A program made the position numbers and the translations under genes. From an uncultured Nocardioides sp. (GTDB lineage: Bacteria; Actinomycetota; Actinomycetes; Propionibacteriales; Nocardioidaceae), in NCBI GenBank assembly GCA_964600305.1, contig CAZRKV010000001.1, positions 1 to 33,565 on the forward strand: a DNA stretch of 33,565 nt. The letters run 5' to 3'. The notes under the pieces were generated by a model that saw only the letters and a list, made by a program, of their open reading frames with translations, did no database searches and was not told the DNA's origin. Below, piece by piece: positions 19,929 to 29,605 of the stretch (the first letter of the stretch is position 1; every line of letters begins with the position of its first letter).

Positions 19929-20843
19929 CTAGACGGTGAGCTTCCCGATCTCGTCGGCGGCGAAGCCGACGCCTGGGTCGCGGTCGGCGAACCAGCCACC
20001 CAGCTGCTTGTCCAGGTCCTCCGCGTCCCACACCTCGCCGGAGGCGTCGAAACGCTGCTCCACCACCGGGGCGGCCACCAGCGCGACCATCCCGCCGTAC
20101 ACGACGAAGACCTGGCCGGTGATCCGCGAGGCCGCCGGCGAGGCGAGGTAGGCCACGACCGGGGCGACGTGCTCGGGGGCGTACGGGTCGATCGCCCGTC
20201 CGGACTCGTCGGCGCCGAAGACCTCCGCGGTCATCGCGGTGCGGGCGCGGGGACAGATCGCGTTGGCCCGCACCCCCATCCGGGCCAGCCCGCGGGCGCT
20301 GGACAGGGTCAGCGCGGTGATGCCGGCCTTGGCCGCGGCGTAGTTGGCCTGTCCGGGCGAACCGAGGAGGAAGGCCTCGGAGGTGGTGTTGACGATGCTC
20401 GCGTCGACCGGTTCACCGGTCTCCTTGTACCGGCTGCGCCAGTACGCCGCGGCGTTGCGCGAGAGCAGGAAGTGGCCACGCAGGTGGACCCGGATGACCT
20501 GGTCCCACTCCTCGTCACCGAGGTTGAACAGCATCCGGTCCCGCGTGATGCCGGCGTTGTTCACCACGATGTCCAGGCCGCCCAGCTCCCCGACCGCTGC
20601 CGAGACCATCGCCTCGGCCGTGGCCGAGTCCCCCACGTCGCCGGGCACGACGTGGACGCGACCTCCCCGGCTCCGGATCTCCTCGGCGGTGTCGTCGGCT
20701 GCTCCCGGCAGGTCGTTGAGGACCACCGCGGCCCCGGCATCGGACAGGGCGAGGGCCTCGGCCCGACCGAGCCCGGCGCCCGCGCCGGTGACGACGGCCA
20801 CCCGTCCGTCGAGGTCAGTACGTCGTTGCATCAGGTGCCTCAC
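19929..20843 (-). CDS. hsd4A: SDR 3-hydroxyacyl-CoA/17-beta-hydroxysteroid dehydrogenase (Rv3502c-like)
   Basis: VTGAGAGLGRAEAL, NNAGITRDRMLFN, VHLRGHFLL, GQANYAAAK, ICPRARTAMT; follows the ferredoxin as in Mycobacterium. Start is GTG 20843 (overlapping the fdx stop) or ATG 20831. Confidence 0.85.
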   Translation of the reverse strand: MRHLMQRRTDLDGRVAVVTGAGAGLGRAEALALSDAGAAVVLNDLPGAADDTAEEIRSRGGRVHVVPGDVGDSATAEAMVSAAVGELGGLDIVVNNAGITRDRMLFNLGDEEWDQVIRVHLRGHFLLSRNAAAYWRSRYKETGEPVDASIVNTTSEAFLLGSPGQANYAAAKAGITALTLSSARGLARMGVRANAICPRARTAMTAEVFGADESGRAIDPYAPEHVAPVVAYLASPAASRITGQVFVVYGGMVALVAAPVVEQRFDASGEVWDAEDLDKQLGGWFADRDPGVGFAADEIGKLTV

Positions 20844-21031
20844 TCCTCCAGGGAGATCGCTGCGCGTGGGCAGGCCGCCACGGCGCGCTTGACGTCGTCG
20901 AGGTGCTCCTCGGGCACGTCCTCGCGCAGGATCTGCAGGTAGTCGTCGTCATCGAGCTCGAAGTGCTGCGGCGCCAACGCCTCGCACAGTCCGTTCGACT
21001 CGCACAGGTCGAAGTCCACGGTGATCCGCAT
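20840..21031 (-). CDS. fdxD: Small [3Fe-4S]-type ferredoxin
   Basis: 63 aa; CESNGLC...CP motif, FELDDDDYL; ATG 21031. Confidence 0.88.
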   Translation of the reverse strand: MRITVDFDLCESNGLCEALAPQHFELDDDDYLQILREDVPEEHLDDVKRAVAACPRAAISLEE

Positions 21032-21038
21032 GGCCGTG

Positions 21039-21530
21039 TCACTCTCCTCCATCACTCGGTGCACCACTGAGCATCTTCCGGTGGTCCCAGGTCGCGACGG
21101 TCTCGGGCTCGACGAGGACGGCGACCCGCTTGCGGGCCTGCCGCTCCACCGCCTCGAGCCCCTCGGCCCCCAGGTCCGCGACGGTGTCGGCACCCGCCAT
21201 CCGGGCCACCACGCGGCTCCCGATGTCCAGCAGGTGGTCGTGGTCGCGCACGATCCGCCCCCGCCCGGTCACCGACACCCCACGCAGCTCGAAGTAGTCG
21301 GTGCCGTCCTCGACCAGGCAGGACAGCCGCGGGTCGCGCTCGAGGTTGCGCACCTTCTGCGACCGGGCGTAGGTCCAGAAGCCGATCAGGCCGTCGTCGA
21401 CGACGTAGAACAGGGTGGTCAGGTGGGGCACGCCGGAACGCCCGACCGTGGCCACCTGCACCTTCAGGTTCTCCGCGAGGAGCTGCTGCACCTCGGTGTC
21501 GGACATCCGGACCGCGTCGCGTCCGCCCAC
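21039..21530 (-). CDS. Pyridoxamine 5'-phosphate oxidase-like split-barrel protein (FDOR superfamily, possibly F420-binding)
   Basis: VATVGRSGVPHLTTLFY, SQKVRNLERDPR, YFELRGVSVTG, TWDHRK; GGAGG RBS before GTG 21530. Confidence 0.8.
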   Translation of the reverse strand: MGGRDAVRMSDTEVQQLLAENLKVQVATVGRSGVPHLTTLFYVVDDGLIGFWTYARSQKVRNLERDPRLSCLVEDGTDYFELRGVSVTGRGRIVRDHDHLLDIGSRVVARMAGADTVADLGAEGLEAVERQARKRVAVLVEPETVATWDHRKMLSGAPSDGGE

Positions 21531-21544
21531 GTCAGGCCTCCATC

Positions 21545-22513
21545 TCAGGCGTCGCTCGAGTGGCCGGGGAAGACCTTGGCCCCGGGGTCGATCGCGACGG
21601 CGGCGTTGTTCACCGCGGTGGCCGCCTCGCCGAAGCCGACGGCGATCAGGCGCACCTTGCCGGGGTACTCCGTGATGTCGCCCGCGGCGAAGATGCGGGG
21701 GACGTTCGTCCGCATCGCGGAGTCCACCACCACGTTGCGCTTGTCGATCTGCAGCCCCCACTCCTTGAGGGCGCCCAGGTCGGCCACGAACCCGAGGGCC
21801 GCGATCACGGCCTGGGCCGGTCGGTGCAGGGTCTCGCCACCGACCGAGATCTCGACGCTCTCCAGGGTGTCCCCACCGAGGAGGGCACTGACCTCGGCCT
21901 TGGTGATCACCTCCACCGAGGAGGCCTGCACCTGCTGCACGGTGCGCTCGTGGGCGCGGAACCGGTCCCGCCGGTGCACCAGGGTCACCGACGCGGCCAC
22001 CGGTTCGAGGTGCTGGGCCCAGTCGAACGCGCTGTCCCCGCCGCCCACGACCACGACGTCCTTGCCGTGGTAGGGCTCGAAGTCGGGGACGAAGAACTCC
22101 ATGCCCCGCCCCAGCCAGCCGTCCCCGGCCGGCAGCGGTCGCGGGCTGAACTTCCCGATCCCGGCAGTGACGATGACGGCTCCCGCCTGCACCGCGGTGC
22201 CGTCGTCGAGGGTCACCGTCACCCCGTCCTCGCGGGCCTCCAGCATCGTCGCGGTGCGTTCGAGCAGGTACGTCGGGTCGCTGGTGGCGGCCTGTCGGAC
22301 CAGGTCGGCGACGAGGTCGCGCCCCTTCACGCTCGGGAACCCGGCCACGTCCAGGATCTGCTTCTCGGGGTACATGGCCGTGATCTGCCCGCCCAGCTCC
22401 GGCAGCGAGTCGACCACCGCCACGCTCAGGTCCCGGAACCCCGCGTAGTACGCGGCAAAGAGCCCGGTCGGGCCGGCGCCGACCACGAGCAGGTCGACCT
22501 CCACGTCCGCCAT
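21545..22513 (-). CDS. Thioredoxin-reductase-fold ferredoxin-NADP+ reductase (YumC type)
   Basis: GAGPTG, GGQITAMYPEK, GGGDSA, HRRDRFRA (NADPH), AAGD, FPGHSS; lacks the CxxC of true TrxR. Confidence 0.85.
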   Translation of the reverse strand: MADVEVDLLVVGAGPTGLFAAYYAGFRDLSVAVVDSLPELGGQITAMYPEKQILDVAGFPSVKGRDLVADLVRQAATSDPTYLLERTATMLEAREDGVTVTLDDGTAVQAGAVIVTAGIGKFSPRPLPAGDGWLGRGMEFFVPDFEPYHGKDVVVVGGGDSAFDWAQHLEPVAASVTLVHRRDRFRAHERTVQQVQASSVEVITKAEVSALLGGDTLESVEISVGGETLHRPAQAVIAALGFVADLGALKEWGLQIDKRNVVVDSAMRTNVPRIFAAGDITEYPGKVRLIAVGFGEAATAVNNAAVAIDPGAKVFPGHSSDA

Positions 22514-22543
22514 TCGATGGACCTCCCACTCCCCGTCACAAAC

Positions 22544-22557
22544 TGAAACCTGTTCTA
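22544..22557. promoter_or_regulatory. KstR operator (FNR operon)
   Basis: TGAAACCTGTTCTA, a full consensus match, 30 bp upstream of the FNR ATG. Confidence 0.9.
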
Positions 22558-22608
22558 GTCGCCGCGAAACCTACTGGCCCCCGACGGCGAAGTCCAGCAA
22601 TCCTCCCA

Positions 22609-23349
22609 TCACCGGGTCTCGATCTGCTGGACCCGCCACCCCGACCCGCTCGGGACCACCGTGACCAGGGCGCGGTAGGGCGTCACCTGGGCCTCGGCGC
22701 CCTTGCGCTTGGTGAACTGGTTGAGGAAGAGCAGTGCCTGCACGGACTCCTCGTCGCCGCGCACCACCGAGGCGCCGACGACCGTGTACTCGAGCTCGAC
22801 CTCCTCGGCGACGAACGACTCCCTGACGTCGGCCGCAGTCTCCTCGTACTCCTGCTCGAAGTCCGAACCGTCCACGATCAGGTCGAGCGCGGCCTCGGTC
22901 TGGGCGTCGTACTCCTCGTGGTCCTTGTCCAGGATCGTCTTGGCGTGCTGTTGCGCCGCCGAGACCGCGGCCGCCCGACGCACCTCCGACATCACCACCG
23001 GTCGGTCGGCCGTGCTGGCGGGGGCCGGCTGCCCCCAGACGTACCACGCCAACAGGCCCGCCATCACCGAGAGCACCACGAGGAGCACCGCGAGGGTCCG
23101 CGCGCTCGACGACCGCGCCAGCCAGGGATCGCGACGCCCGCGGGCTGGACGGGGCGGGCGGGGAGCACGGAGGCGGCGGGGCGAACGCTCCGGGGGCTCG
23201 TCGGTGGACGAGCTGCCCGGGGCTTCCGGGCGCGGGCCGGATCCGGCGATCCGGCGGGGCCGGGAGGTGACGGGTCGGGAGCCCGGCAACCGTCCCGTCA
23301 CGGTGGTGGTGCCGGCCGGACGGCTCCGGGGGCGCGGTCGGTCGGTCAT
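22609..23349 (-). CDS. Mce-associated membrane protein (Mam/Mas)
   Basis: Arg/Pro-rich N-terminus, one TM segment, C-terminal VQALLFLNQ...SGWRVQQI; last gene of the mce operon. Confidence 0.8.
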   Translation of the reverse strand: MTDRPRPRSRPAGTTTVTGRLPGSRPVTSRPRRIAGSGPRPEAPGSSSTDEPPERSPRRLRAPRPPRPARGRRDPWLARSSSARTLAVLLVVLSVMAGLLAWYVWGQPAPASTADRPVVMSEVRRAAAVSAAQQHAKTILDKDHEEYDAQTEAALDLIVDGSDFEQEYEETAADVRESFVAEEVELEYTVVGASVVRGDEESVQALLFLNQFTKRKGAEAQVTPYRALVTVVPSGSGWRVQQIETR

Positions 23350-23353
23350 GCGA

Positions 23354-23875
23354 TCACCCCACGAAGCTCAGGTCGGAGGTCCGCCACTGCCCGTCGACCC
23401 GCTCCAGGTCGAGGCGCAGGCGGAAGTTGCGGTCCACCGGCTCGCCGTCGGTCTGGGTGTTGGCGACGGTGCCCGTCGTGGCGACGAGGACGGTGGCGCT
23501 GTCGTCGTCGAGGGTGGAGACGCCGGCCCAGAGCACCTCCCCCTCCATCACGGACTCGTTCTGCTTCAGCACTCGGGTCACGCTCTCCTGGGAGGTGTCG
23601 TACTGCTCCTTGAAGTCACCGGTCGCGTGCCGGCGGACCTTCTCGTAGTCCTCCTCGGCGCTGCGGTGGTCGATGTTGATGAAGGCGGAAGCCTGGGCCG
23701 TCGCGGCCTCGATCACGGCGCCGTGCCGCTCGCCCCGCTCGGCCGCGGCGGACCGATCCTGCACCTCCTGCCAGGCCATCGCCCCGAGCACGGCACAGGC
23801 GGAGGCCGCCACGACCACGAGCAGGAAGAGCACCGCCACGTGCCGGGGCACCCCGCGTCCGGGTCCCGCGCTCAC
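23354..23875 (-). CDS. Mce-associated membrane protein (Mam/Mas)
   Basis: TM segment, ATGDFKEQY, ATVLVA, RLRLDLERVDGQWRTSDL; GTG 23875 overlaps the mceF stop. Confidence 0.82.
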   Translation of the reverse strand: MSAGPGRGVPRHVAVLFLLVVVAASACAVLGAMAWQEVQDRSAAAERGERHGAVIEAATAQASAFINIDHRSAEEDYEKVRRHATGDFKEQYDTSQESVTRVLKQNESVMEGEVLWAGVSTLDDDSATVLVATTGTVANTQTDGEPVDRNFRLRLDLERVDGQWRTSDLSFVG

Positions 23876-25140
23876 CGGCGTGCCACCGGCCCGACCATCA
23901 GCCACTTCCACGAGTCTCCTCCCAGGATCGACAGGTCTTCCGGCTCCGCCAGCTGGACGGCGGCCCCCTCGCCGTCCACGATGCCCGCCAGCTCCCCCGT
24001 GGCCGGATCGTACTCAGGCCGGAAGGCCTGCCCCCCGGCCGACGTGCCGCGTGGTGCCGGGGCGTACTTGGAGCCGCGCATGTTCACCGGCGGGCCTTCC
24101 TCGCACCGGGCCGGGAAGAACTCGGCGTCGCTCAGGTCGTCGCCCGGGCGCCACTGCTCGGGCGGCATGAACCCCTCCCGGCAGGGCATCACCTCCTGGT
24201 TCAGCTCCAGCCGCACGTGTCCCCAGCCGTCGGGGGTGGTGCCGGTGAAACCGGTGGAGATGGCGACCGGGAAGGTGACCAGGAGCTGTTCGACCCCGTC
24301 GAGGTGCGAGGTGATCACCTGTCCCACCGTGACCGCGTTGCCCAGCAGGATCGGCAACGTCGGTTCCATGTCCTCGAGCAGGGCTCGCACCTCCCGCAGG
24401 GCACCGGGGGTCCGGTGGAGGGTCTGGCGGAGGTCCCGGTCGCTGCGCCGCAGGGCGGTCGTCAGCAGCCGGAGGTCACGGGAGAAGCTCGCGATGTTGT
24501 CTCCCTGCTCCTTCTGGGTGCGCAACACCCGCAGACCGTTCTCGAGGAGGTCCACGGTGACCTCCTCGTTGGCGGCCGCCTCGTCGATCAGCTCGGTGCC
24601 ACCGTCGATCAGCCGCTGCAACGGTCGCCCCGTGTCGCGGAACATCGTCCCGAGCTCGTCGATCACCAGCGAGAGGTCGTCCTGGTCGACCGAGCCCACG
24701 AAGTCGTCCAGGGCGACCAGCAGGTCGGCCTCGTCCACGGGGAGGGAGTCGTCGCCGGCGGTCAGGGTGTCTCCCTGCTCGAGGTAGGGCCCGCCCGAGG
24801 CCGCGGGCTGGAAGTCGAGGTACTGCTCGCCGACGGCGGAGAGGTTCTGCACCGCCACCTCCGTGTCGGCCGGCACCCGGGTGCCCTCCTCGAGGTCCAG
24901 GACCGCCTCCGCCCCCTCGGCCGTGACCCGCAGGTCACCCACCGTCCCGACCTTGACCCCGCGGTAGGTCACCTCGCTGCCCTCGAACAGGCCTCCGGAG
25001 CGGGGCAGCTGCACCGCCACTTGGTAGCCGCGGCCCAGCACCCGGTCGACCACGCCGAGGTAGGACGAGGCGACGTACACGATGCCCAGGGCGCTGAGCA
25101 CGAGGAAGACCACGATCCGGATCTTGACGCCCCTGGTCAC
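23872..25140 (-). CDS. mce4F: Mce family protein F
   Basis: SGGLFEGSEVTYRGVKVG, SAVGEQYLDF; sixth mce gene. Confidence 0.8.
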   Translation of the reverse strand: MTRGVKIRIVVFLVLSALGIVYVASSYLGVVDRVLGRGYQVAVQLPRSGGLFEGSEVTYRGVKVGTVGDLRVTAEGAEAVLDLEEGTRVPADTEVAVQNLSAVGEQYLDFQPAASGGPYLEQGDTLTAGDDSLPVDEADLLVALDDFVGSVDQDDLSLVIDELGTMFRDTGRPLQRLIDGGTELIDEAAANEEVTVDLLENGLRVLRTQKEQGDNIASFSRDLRLLTTALRRSDRDLRQTLHRTPGALREVRALLEDMEPTLPILLGNAVTVGQVITSHLDGVEQLLVTFPVAISTGFTGTTPDGWGHVRLELNQEVMPCREGFMPPEQWRPGDDLSDAEFFPARCEEGPPVNMRGSKYAPAPRGTSAGGQAFRPEYDPATGELAGIVDGEGAAVQLAEPEDLSILGGDSWKWLMVGPVARR

Positions 25141-26363
25141 AGCTGCTCCCCGTACAGCCCGACGCCCCGGTCGCCCGCGCCGCCGCCCCAGGAGGCCCGG
25201 GAGCCGAAGAGCCCACCGAGCAGGCCGCCCGGGTCGGGGGTCTCCGCCCCTCCGTCGTCGCCCCTGCGGCCACCGTCCCCGCGCTCGCGGCCCGGTGCGC
25301 CGTCGTCCCCGCCCCTCGGCACCCCGAGACCCCGGCCGAGTCCGTCGAGGAGCCCCTCGAGGTCGGGCAGGCCGGTCTTCTCGAGGTTCTCCAGGCTGAC
25401 GTCCAGCTTGATCTCGGTGTTGGCGAAGTCGCCCTTGACCACCTCGGAGGCCTCCTTGGGGAACGGGAAGCTGGCCATCAGCGCGAAGCCGGGGGCCAGG
25501 GAGTCCCCGGCCTCGTTCAGCTTCTCCAGCACCGGTTCGAGCTCGCGGAGGGTCGCGAGCAGGTCGTCCCGACTCGCGTTGATGACGCGGGTCCCCACGT
25601 CACTGAGCCGGCGCAGGGAGCCCAGCATCTCCAGCAGCTGCTCGTGCTGGTCGGCGAGCACCGAGACGGCCGGCCCCATCACGTCGAGCGCGTCGGTGAT
25701 CGTCTCCCGCTCGGCGTTGAGCGTCGCGGAGAGGCGGTTGACCGAGCGCATCGCCCGGATGATCTCGCCCTTCTGGTCGTCCAGGGTGCCGACCACGTCG
25801 TCGAGGTTGCCCAGCAGGCTGCGGACCCGGTCCTCGCGTCCGCTCATCACCTGGTTGAGCTCGCTGGTGATGGTGCCCAGCTGGGCGACGCCGCCACCGG
25901 TGAGGAGGAAGGACAGCGCACCGAGGACCTCCTCGACCTCCGGGTTGCGACCGGTCGCGGGCAGCGCGATCTCGTCCCCCTCGCCGAGCCGGTCGGGGCT
26001 GGGCTGCTCGTCCGGAGGCGGCTCGAGGGCGACGTACTTCTCCCCGAGCAGACTGGTCTGGCGGATCTCCGCGATCGCGTTGTCCGGCAGGTCGACGTCC
26101 TCCCTGACCCGGAGGCGGACCCGGGCCTGCCAGCCGACCCGATCGACCTCGGTGACCTCCCCCACGGTGACGTCGTCGACCTTGACGGGGGAACGCGGGA
26201 CCACGTTGAGCACGTCGCGGAACTGCGCCGTCACCTCGAAGGCCTCGTCCTCGTCGACGACCGACCCGGGCAGGGGCAGGTCGTAGGCCCCGTCGAAGTC
26301 GCACCCGGCGGCCACGACCCCCAGGGTCAGCAGGGCGGCGAGCCCACGGGCCGGTCGCGCCAT
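25137..26363 (-). CDS. mce4E: Mce family lipoprotein E (LprN-like)
   Basis: Lipobox VAAG-C, LPLPG, VKVDDVTVG, QTSLLGEKYV. Confidence 0.82.
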   Translation of the reverse strand: MARPARGLAALLTLGVVAAGCDFDGAYDLPLPGSVVDEDEAFEVTAQFRDVLNVVPRSPVKVDDVTVGEVTEVDRVGWQARVRLRVREDVDLPDNAIAEIRQTSLLGEKYVALEPPPDEQPSPDRLGEGDEIALPATGRNPEVEEVLGALSFLLTGGGVAQLGTITSELNQVMSGREDRVRSLLGNLDDVVGTLDDQKGEIIRAMRSVNRLSATLNAERETITDALDVMGPAVSVLADQHEQLLEMLGSLRRLSDVGTRVINASRDDLLATLRELEPVLEKLNEAGDSLAPGFALMASFPFPKEASEVVKGDFANTEIKLDVSLENLEKTGLPDLEGLLDGLGRGLGVPRGGDDGAPGRERGDGGRRGDDGGAETPDPGGLLGGLFGSRASWGGGAGDRGVGLYGEQL

Positions 26364-27556
26364 CAGCGACCACCCCCGAGCAGGTCGGTCATCGACGCGG
26401 CGCCCGGTTCGGCGAACGTCGCCTGGGCCCGCTCTGCCTCGGCCGCCGGGCCGGCCTGCGGCGGGCCCGACATCTGCTCGGCCGCGGCGGTGCCTGCCGG
26501 TTCCAGCAGCTGGGTGAAGAGGTTGCAGGCCAGGTCGGTCATCTGCTTGCCGATGTCGGCCTGTGCCACCAACGAGCAGAGGAACCCGTCGGCGTCGGCG
26601 ATGTTGCCCTCCACGCCGATCCGGCCCCCCACCGTCCCGGTGTCGGCGTCGTACATCAGGGTCAGGTTGCCCAGGCCGAGCGGGCCGTACCGCAGCGCCT
26701 TGGCGAGGTTCTCCCGCTCCGAGGAGACCGTCTTCACGACCTTGGTGAGCTTCTCGGTGTCGGTCACCAGCTGCTCCCGGTTGCCCTCTACGAACTCCTC
26801 GACGACCTCGACGCTGCGGGCGACCTCGGCCAGCACCTGCTGCAGCTCCTGCCGCTCCCCCGCCAGCACCTCGGACGCGCCGGTCAGCTCCGCCATGAAG
26901 GCGCGGACCACCCGGTCGTTCTTGGCCAGCACCTCGGTGAAGCGGGCGAGCTCGCGGACCGTCGCGAACAGGTCACCGCTGTGGTCGCCGAAGGTCTCCG
27001 CGGCGCGGGACAGGTCCCGGATCATGCGGTTGGCCCGCCGGCCCTGGCCGTCCAGGTTCTCGGCGCCCACCTCGAGCAGGTGGTCCAGGGTGCCGTTCTC
27101 GTTGACGCCGTTGGGTCCGAGGGCCAGGGAGAGGTCTTCGAGGCTGGCGTAGATGCGGTCCAGCTCGACCGGGACGCCGGTGTCCTCCCGTTCGATGACG
27201 GCCCCGTCGGCGAGCTTCTCGCCCCCCTCGTAGGCGGGCGTGAGCTGGATGAAGCGGTCCGAGACCAGGGTGGGGGTCACGATGACCGCGTCGGCGCCGG
27301 CGGGCACGTCGTAGGCGGCGTCGTACTCCATCCGGACCCGGACCGACTCCCCCTCCGGTACGACCTCGAGCACCTCACCGACCCGGACCCCGAGGATGCG
27401 GACCTCGCTGCCGGGGTAGATGCTGACGGCGCGGTCGAACTCCGCGGTGACCGTGCGCGTCTCTCCCCCAGCCCCGCGGACCACGAAGAAGGTGGCCGCG
27501 AGGAGGATGACGGCGAGCGCCACCGCTGCGCCCCGGGCGTTGACGAACCTCAGCAC
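26363..27556 (-). CDS. mce4D: Mce family protein D
   Basis: SIYPGSEVRILGVRVG, TLVSDRFIQLTP, PVELD. Confidence 0.82.
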   Translation of the reverse strand: MLRFVNARGAAVALAVILLAATFFVVRGAGGETRTVTAEFDRAVSIYPGSEVRILGVRVGEVLEVVPEGESVRVRMEYDAAYDVPAGADAVIVTPTLVSDRFIQLTPAYEGGEKLADGAVIEREDTGVPVELDRIYASLEDLSLALGPNGVNENGTLDHLLEVGAENLDGQGRRANRMIRDLSRAAETFGDHSGDLFATVRELARFTEVLAKNDRVVRAFMAELTGASEVLAGERQELQQVLAEVARSVEVVEEFVEGNREQLVTDTEKLTKVVKTVSSERENLAKALRYGPLGLGNLTLMYDADTGTVGGRIGVEGNIADADGFLCSLVAQADIGKQMTDLACNLFTQLLEPAGTAAAEQMSGPPQAGPAAEAERAQATFAEPGAASMTDLLGGGR

Positions 27557-27557
27557 C

Positions 27558-28538
27558 TCACTCCCCCCTCCGGACCTGGAACTCGCCGGTGGCGAGCCCG
27601 GCCAGGTTGACCACGTAGGCGTCGAACCACGGCCCGGTGCCGATGATGTTGCCCAGGATCTCGGCGTACGGCCCGGCCGCGGCGACCGTCTCCTTCAGCT
27701 GCTGGTCCTTGTTGTTCAGCATCGTCAGGACCTCGTCCAGCTCGTCGAGCGCGGGCTGGATCTGTTCCTGGTTGTCCTCGGCCAGGCCCCGCAGCTCCCG
27801 GGCCATCGTCCGGGCACTCACCAGCAGTCGGTGGATGGCCCGACGGCGCTGCCGGATCTCGTCGAAGACCAGGCGTCCCTCGGCCATCAGGTCGACCAGC
27901 TGGTCGCCGGTGTCGGCCAGCACGGTGCTCACGGAGCGCGAGCTGGCCAGCAGGTCCTCGAGCTGCTCGTCCCGGGCCGAGACCGCCCGGCTGAGCCGGG
28001 AGAGTCCCGTCAGGCTCTCCTGCATCTCGGGGCCGGCCGCATCGACGGTGTCGGCGATGGTGTTGACCGCCTCCTGCAGCTGGCGGACGTCGATCTCCTC
28101 GGTCGTGCCCGTCAGGTCGCCCAGGACGCCCACGATGTCGTACGCCGCCTCGGTGCGCTCCAGCGGGATGGGCTCCTCCGCCGTGTGCTGGCCGGGCCCG
28201 TCCGGCTGCAGCTCCAGGTACTTCTCCCCCAGCAGGTTGAGCACCTCGACGGACGCCCGGCTGGTCGACCCGAACTCGACTCCGGGGTCGACCTCGAACG
28301 TGACCAGCACGCGATCGCCCACGACCTCCAGGTCGCGCACCTTCCCGGCACGGATGCCACCGACCTGGACCATGTTCCCCTTGCGCAGGCCGCTGGCATC
28401 GGCGAACTCGGCCTGGTAGCTGGTGCCCGCGAGGCCCGGCATCTTCGAGAGGTTGAACGAGGCCGCCAGTGCCAGGACGAGCACCAGCACGGTGACCGCG
28501 CCCAGGCGCAGGATCTGTGCGTCGGTGTGCCGCCTCAC
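27558..28538 (-). CDS. mce4C: Mce family protein C
   Basis: AEFADASGLRKG..VQVGG, LLGEKYLEL, GTGPWFDAYVVNL; GTG 28538 overlaps the mceB stop (alternative start 28547). Confidence 0.82.
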   Translation of the reverse strand: MRRHTDAQILRLGAVTVLVLVLALAASFNLSKMPGLAGTSYQAEFADASGLRKGNMVQVGGIRAGKVRDLEVVGDRVLVTFEVDPGVEFGSTSRASVEVLNLLGEKYLELQPDGPGQHTAEEPIPLERTEAAYDIVGVLGDLTGTTEEIDVRQLQEAVNTIADTVDAAGPEMQESLTGLSRLSRAVSARDEQLEDLLASSRSVSTVLADTGDQLVDLMAEGRLVFDEIRQRRRAIHRLLVSARTMARELRGLAEDNQEQIQPALDELDEVLTMLNNKDQQLKETVAAAGPYAEILGNIIGTGPWFDAYVVNLAGLATGEFQVRRGE

Positions 28539-29605
28539 GTCTCGCACCTCGCAGCACTGGACTGCAGGGAGAACTCGTTGATGAGGCTCTGCAGCTGCTT
28601 GAGACCGGGGACGTCACTGATCACCGGCAGCGTGATCCGCGCCGAGGCCCCGCAGAGGTAGTAGTTGTACCAGGAGCCGTAGGTCCCGGTCCGCGTCTGG
28701 TCGCTCATCGACTCGGGGAGCCGGTCCAGCATCTCGACCAGGACGGCTTCGTTCTCGGGCTTGCTGAGGGTCCGGGCCAGCCGGCGCAGCTCCGCGATGT
28801 CCCGCTCGACCAGGGGTCGTCCCTCCTCCAGGAAGCCGGCGACCACCTCGGTCAGCTCCGAGACGTCGTCCAGCGAGCCACCGATCACGGCACGGTCGCG
28901 GGCCAGGTCCTGCATCCACCCCTCCAGCTCGTCGACCAGCTCGGTCAGCTGTCCGTGCCGGTCGTCGACGGTCTCCAGGGTGGTGTTGAGGTTCTCGATC
29001 ACCTCACCGATGAGCTGGTCGCGGTCGGCGAGGGCGTTGGTCAGCGAGGCGGTGCGCTGCATCAGGCTCTGCACCGTGCCGCCCTCGCCCTGCAGCACCT
29101 GGACGAGGTTCTGGCTCAGCTCGTTGACCTGGTCGGGGTCCAGCGCCTGGAACAGGGGCTGGAAGCCGTTGAACAGCGCGGTGAGGTCCAGGGAGGGACT
29201 GGTCCGGTCCATCGGCATCGTGGCCCCGGGCTCGAGCGTCTCGGCCCCGGGGTCCCGGCCCTCCTCCAGGGCGAGGTAGCGATCGCCGACGAGGTTCTTG
29301 AAGCGGATCTCCGCGCGGCTGGCGGTGGTGAGGGTCACGTCCCCCTTCACACGGAAGGTGACCAGCGCCTTGTCGCGCTCGTGGTGCTCCACCTCCCCGA
29401 CCTCGCCGACCGACACGCCGGCGATCCGCACGTCGTCCCCCTCCTCGAGCATCGACGCGCTGCTGAACACGGCCTGGTAGTGCTCCCCCGGGCCGAACCC
29501 GATGTTGCCCATGATCACCGCGAGGGTCGCGGTGACGACCAGGGACGCGGTCGTGAAGATCGCCAGCTTCACGCCGGCGGCCAGGGTGACGGTGTTGCGC
29601 GTCAT
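28535..29605 (-). CDS. mce4B: Mce family protein B
   Basis: KLAIF, GDDVRIAGVSVG, NLVGDRYLAL, LDLTALFNGFQPLF, YGSWYNYYLC; real start is ATG 29605. Confidence 0.85.
   Translation of the reverse strand: MTRNTVTLAAGVKLAIFTTASLVVTATLAVIMGNIGFGPGEHYQAVFSSASMLEEGDDVRIAGVSVGEVGEVEHHERDKALVTFRVKGDVTLTTASRAEIRFKNLVGDRYLALEEGRDPGAETLEPGATMPMDRTSPSLDLTALFNGFQPLFQALDPDQVNELSQNLVQVLQGEGGTVQSLMQRTASLTNALADRDQLIGEVIENLNTTLETVDDRHGQLTELVDELEGWMQDLARDRAVIGGSLDDVSELTEVVAGFLEEGRPLVERDIAELRRLARTLSKPENEAVLVEMLDRLPESMSDQTRTGTYGSWYNYYLCGASARITLPVISDVPGLKQLQSLINEFSLQSSAARCET

Noticed and set aside
21545-22513. Thioredoxin reductase trxB
   Set aside because: No redox-active CxxC; the features match TrxR-fold ferredoxin-NADP+ reductases.
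21039-22529. 496-aa ORF suggesting an FNR-PNPOx frameshift fusion
   Set aside because: The FNR has its own conserved C-terminus and stop at 21545, and the PNPOx gene has its own GGAGG RBS and GTG at 21530.
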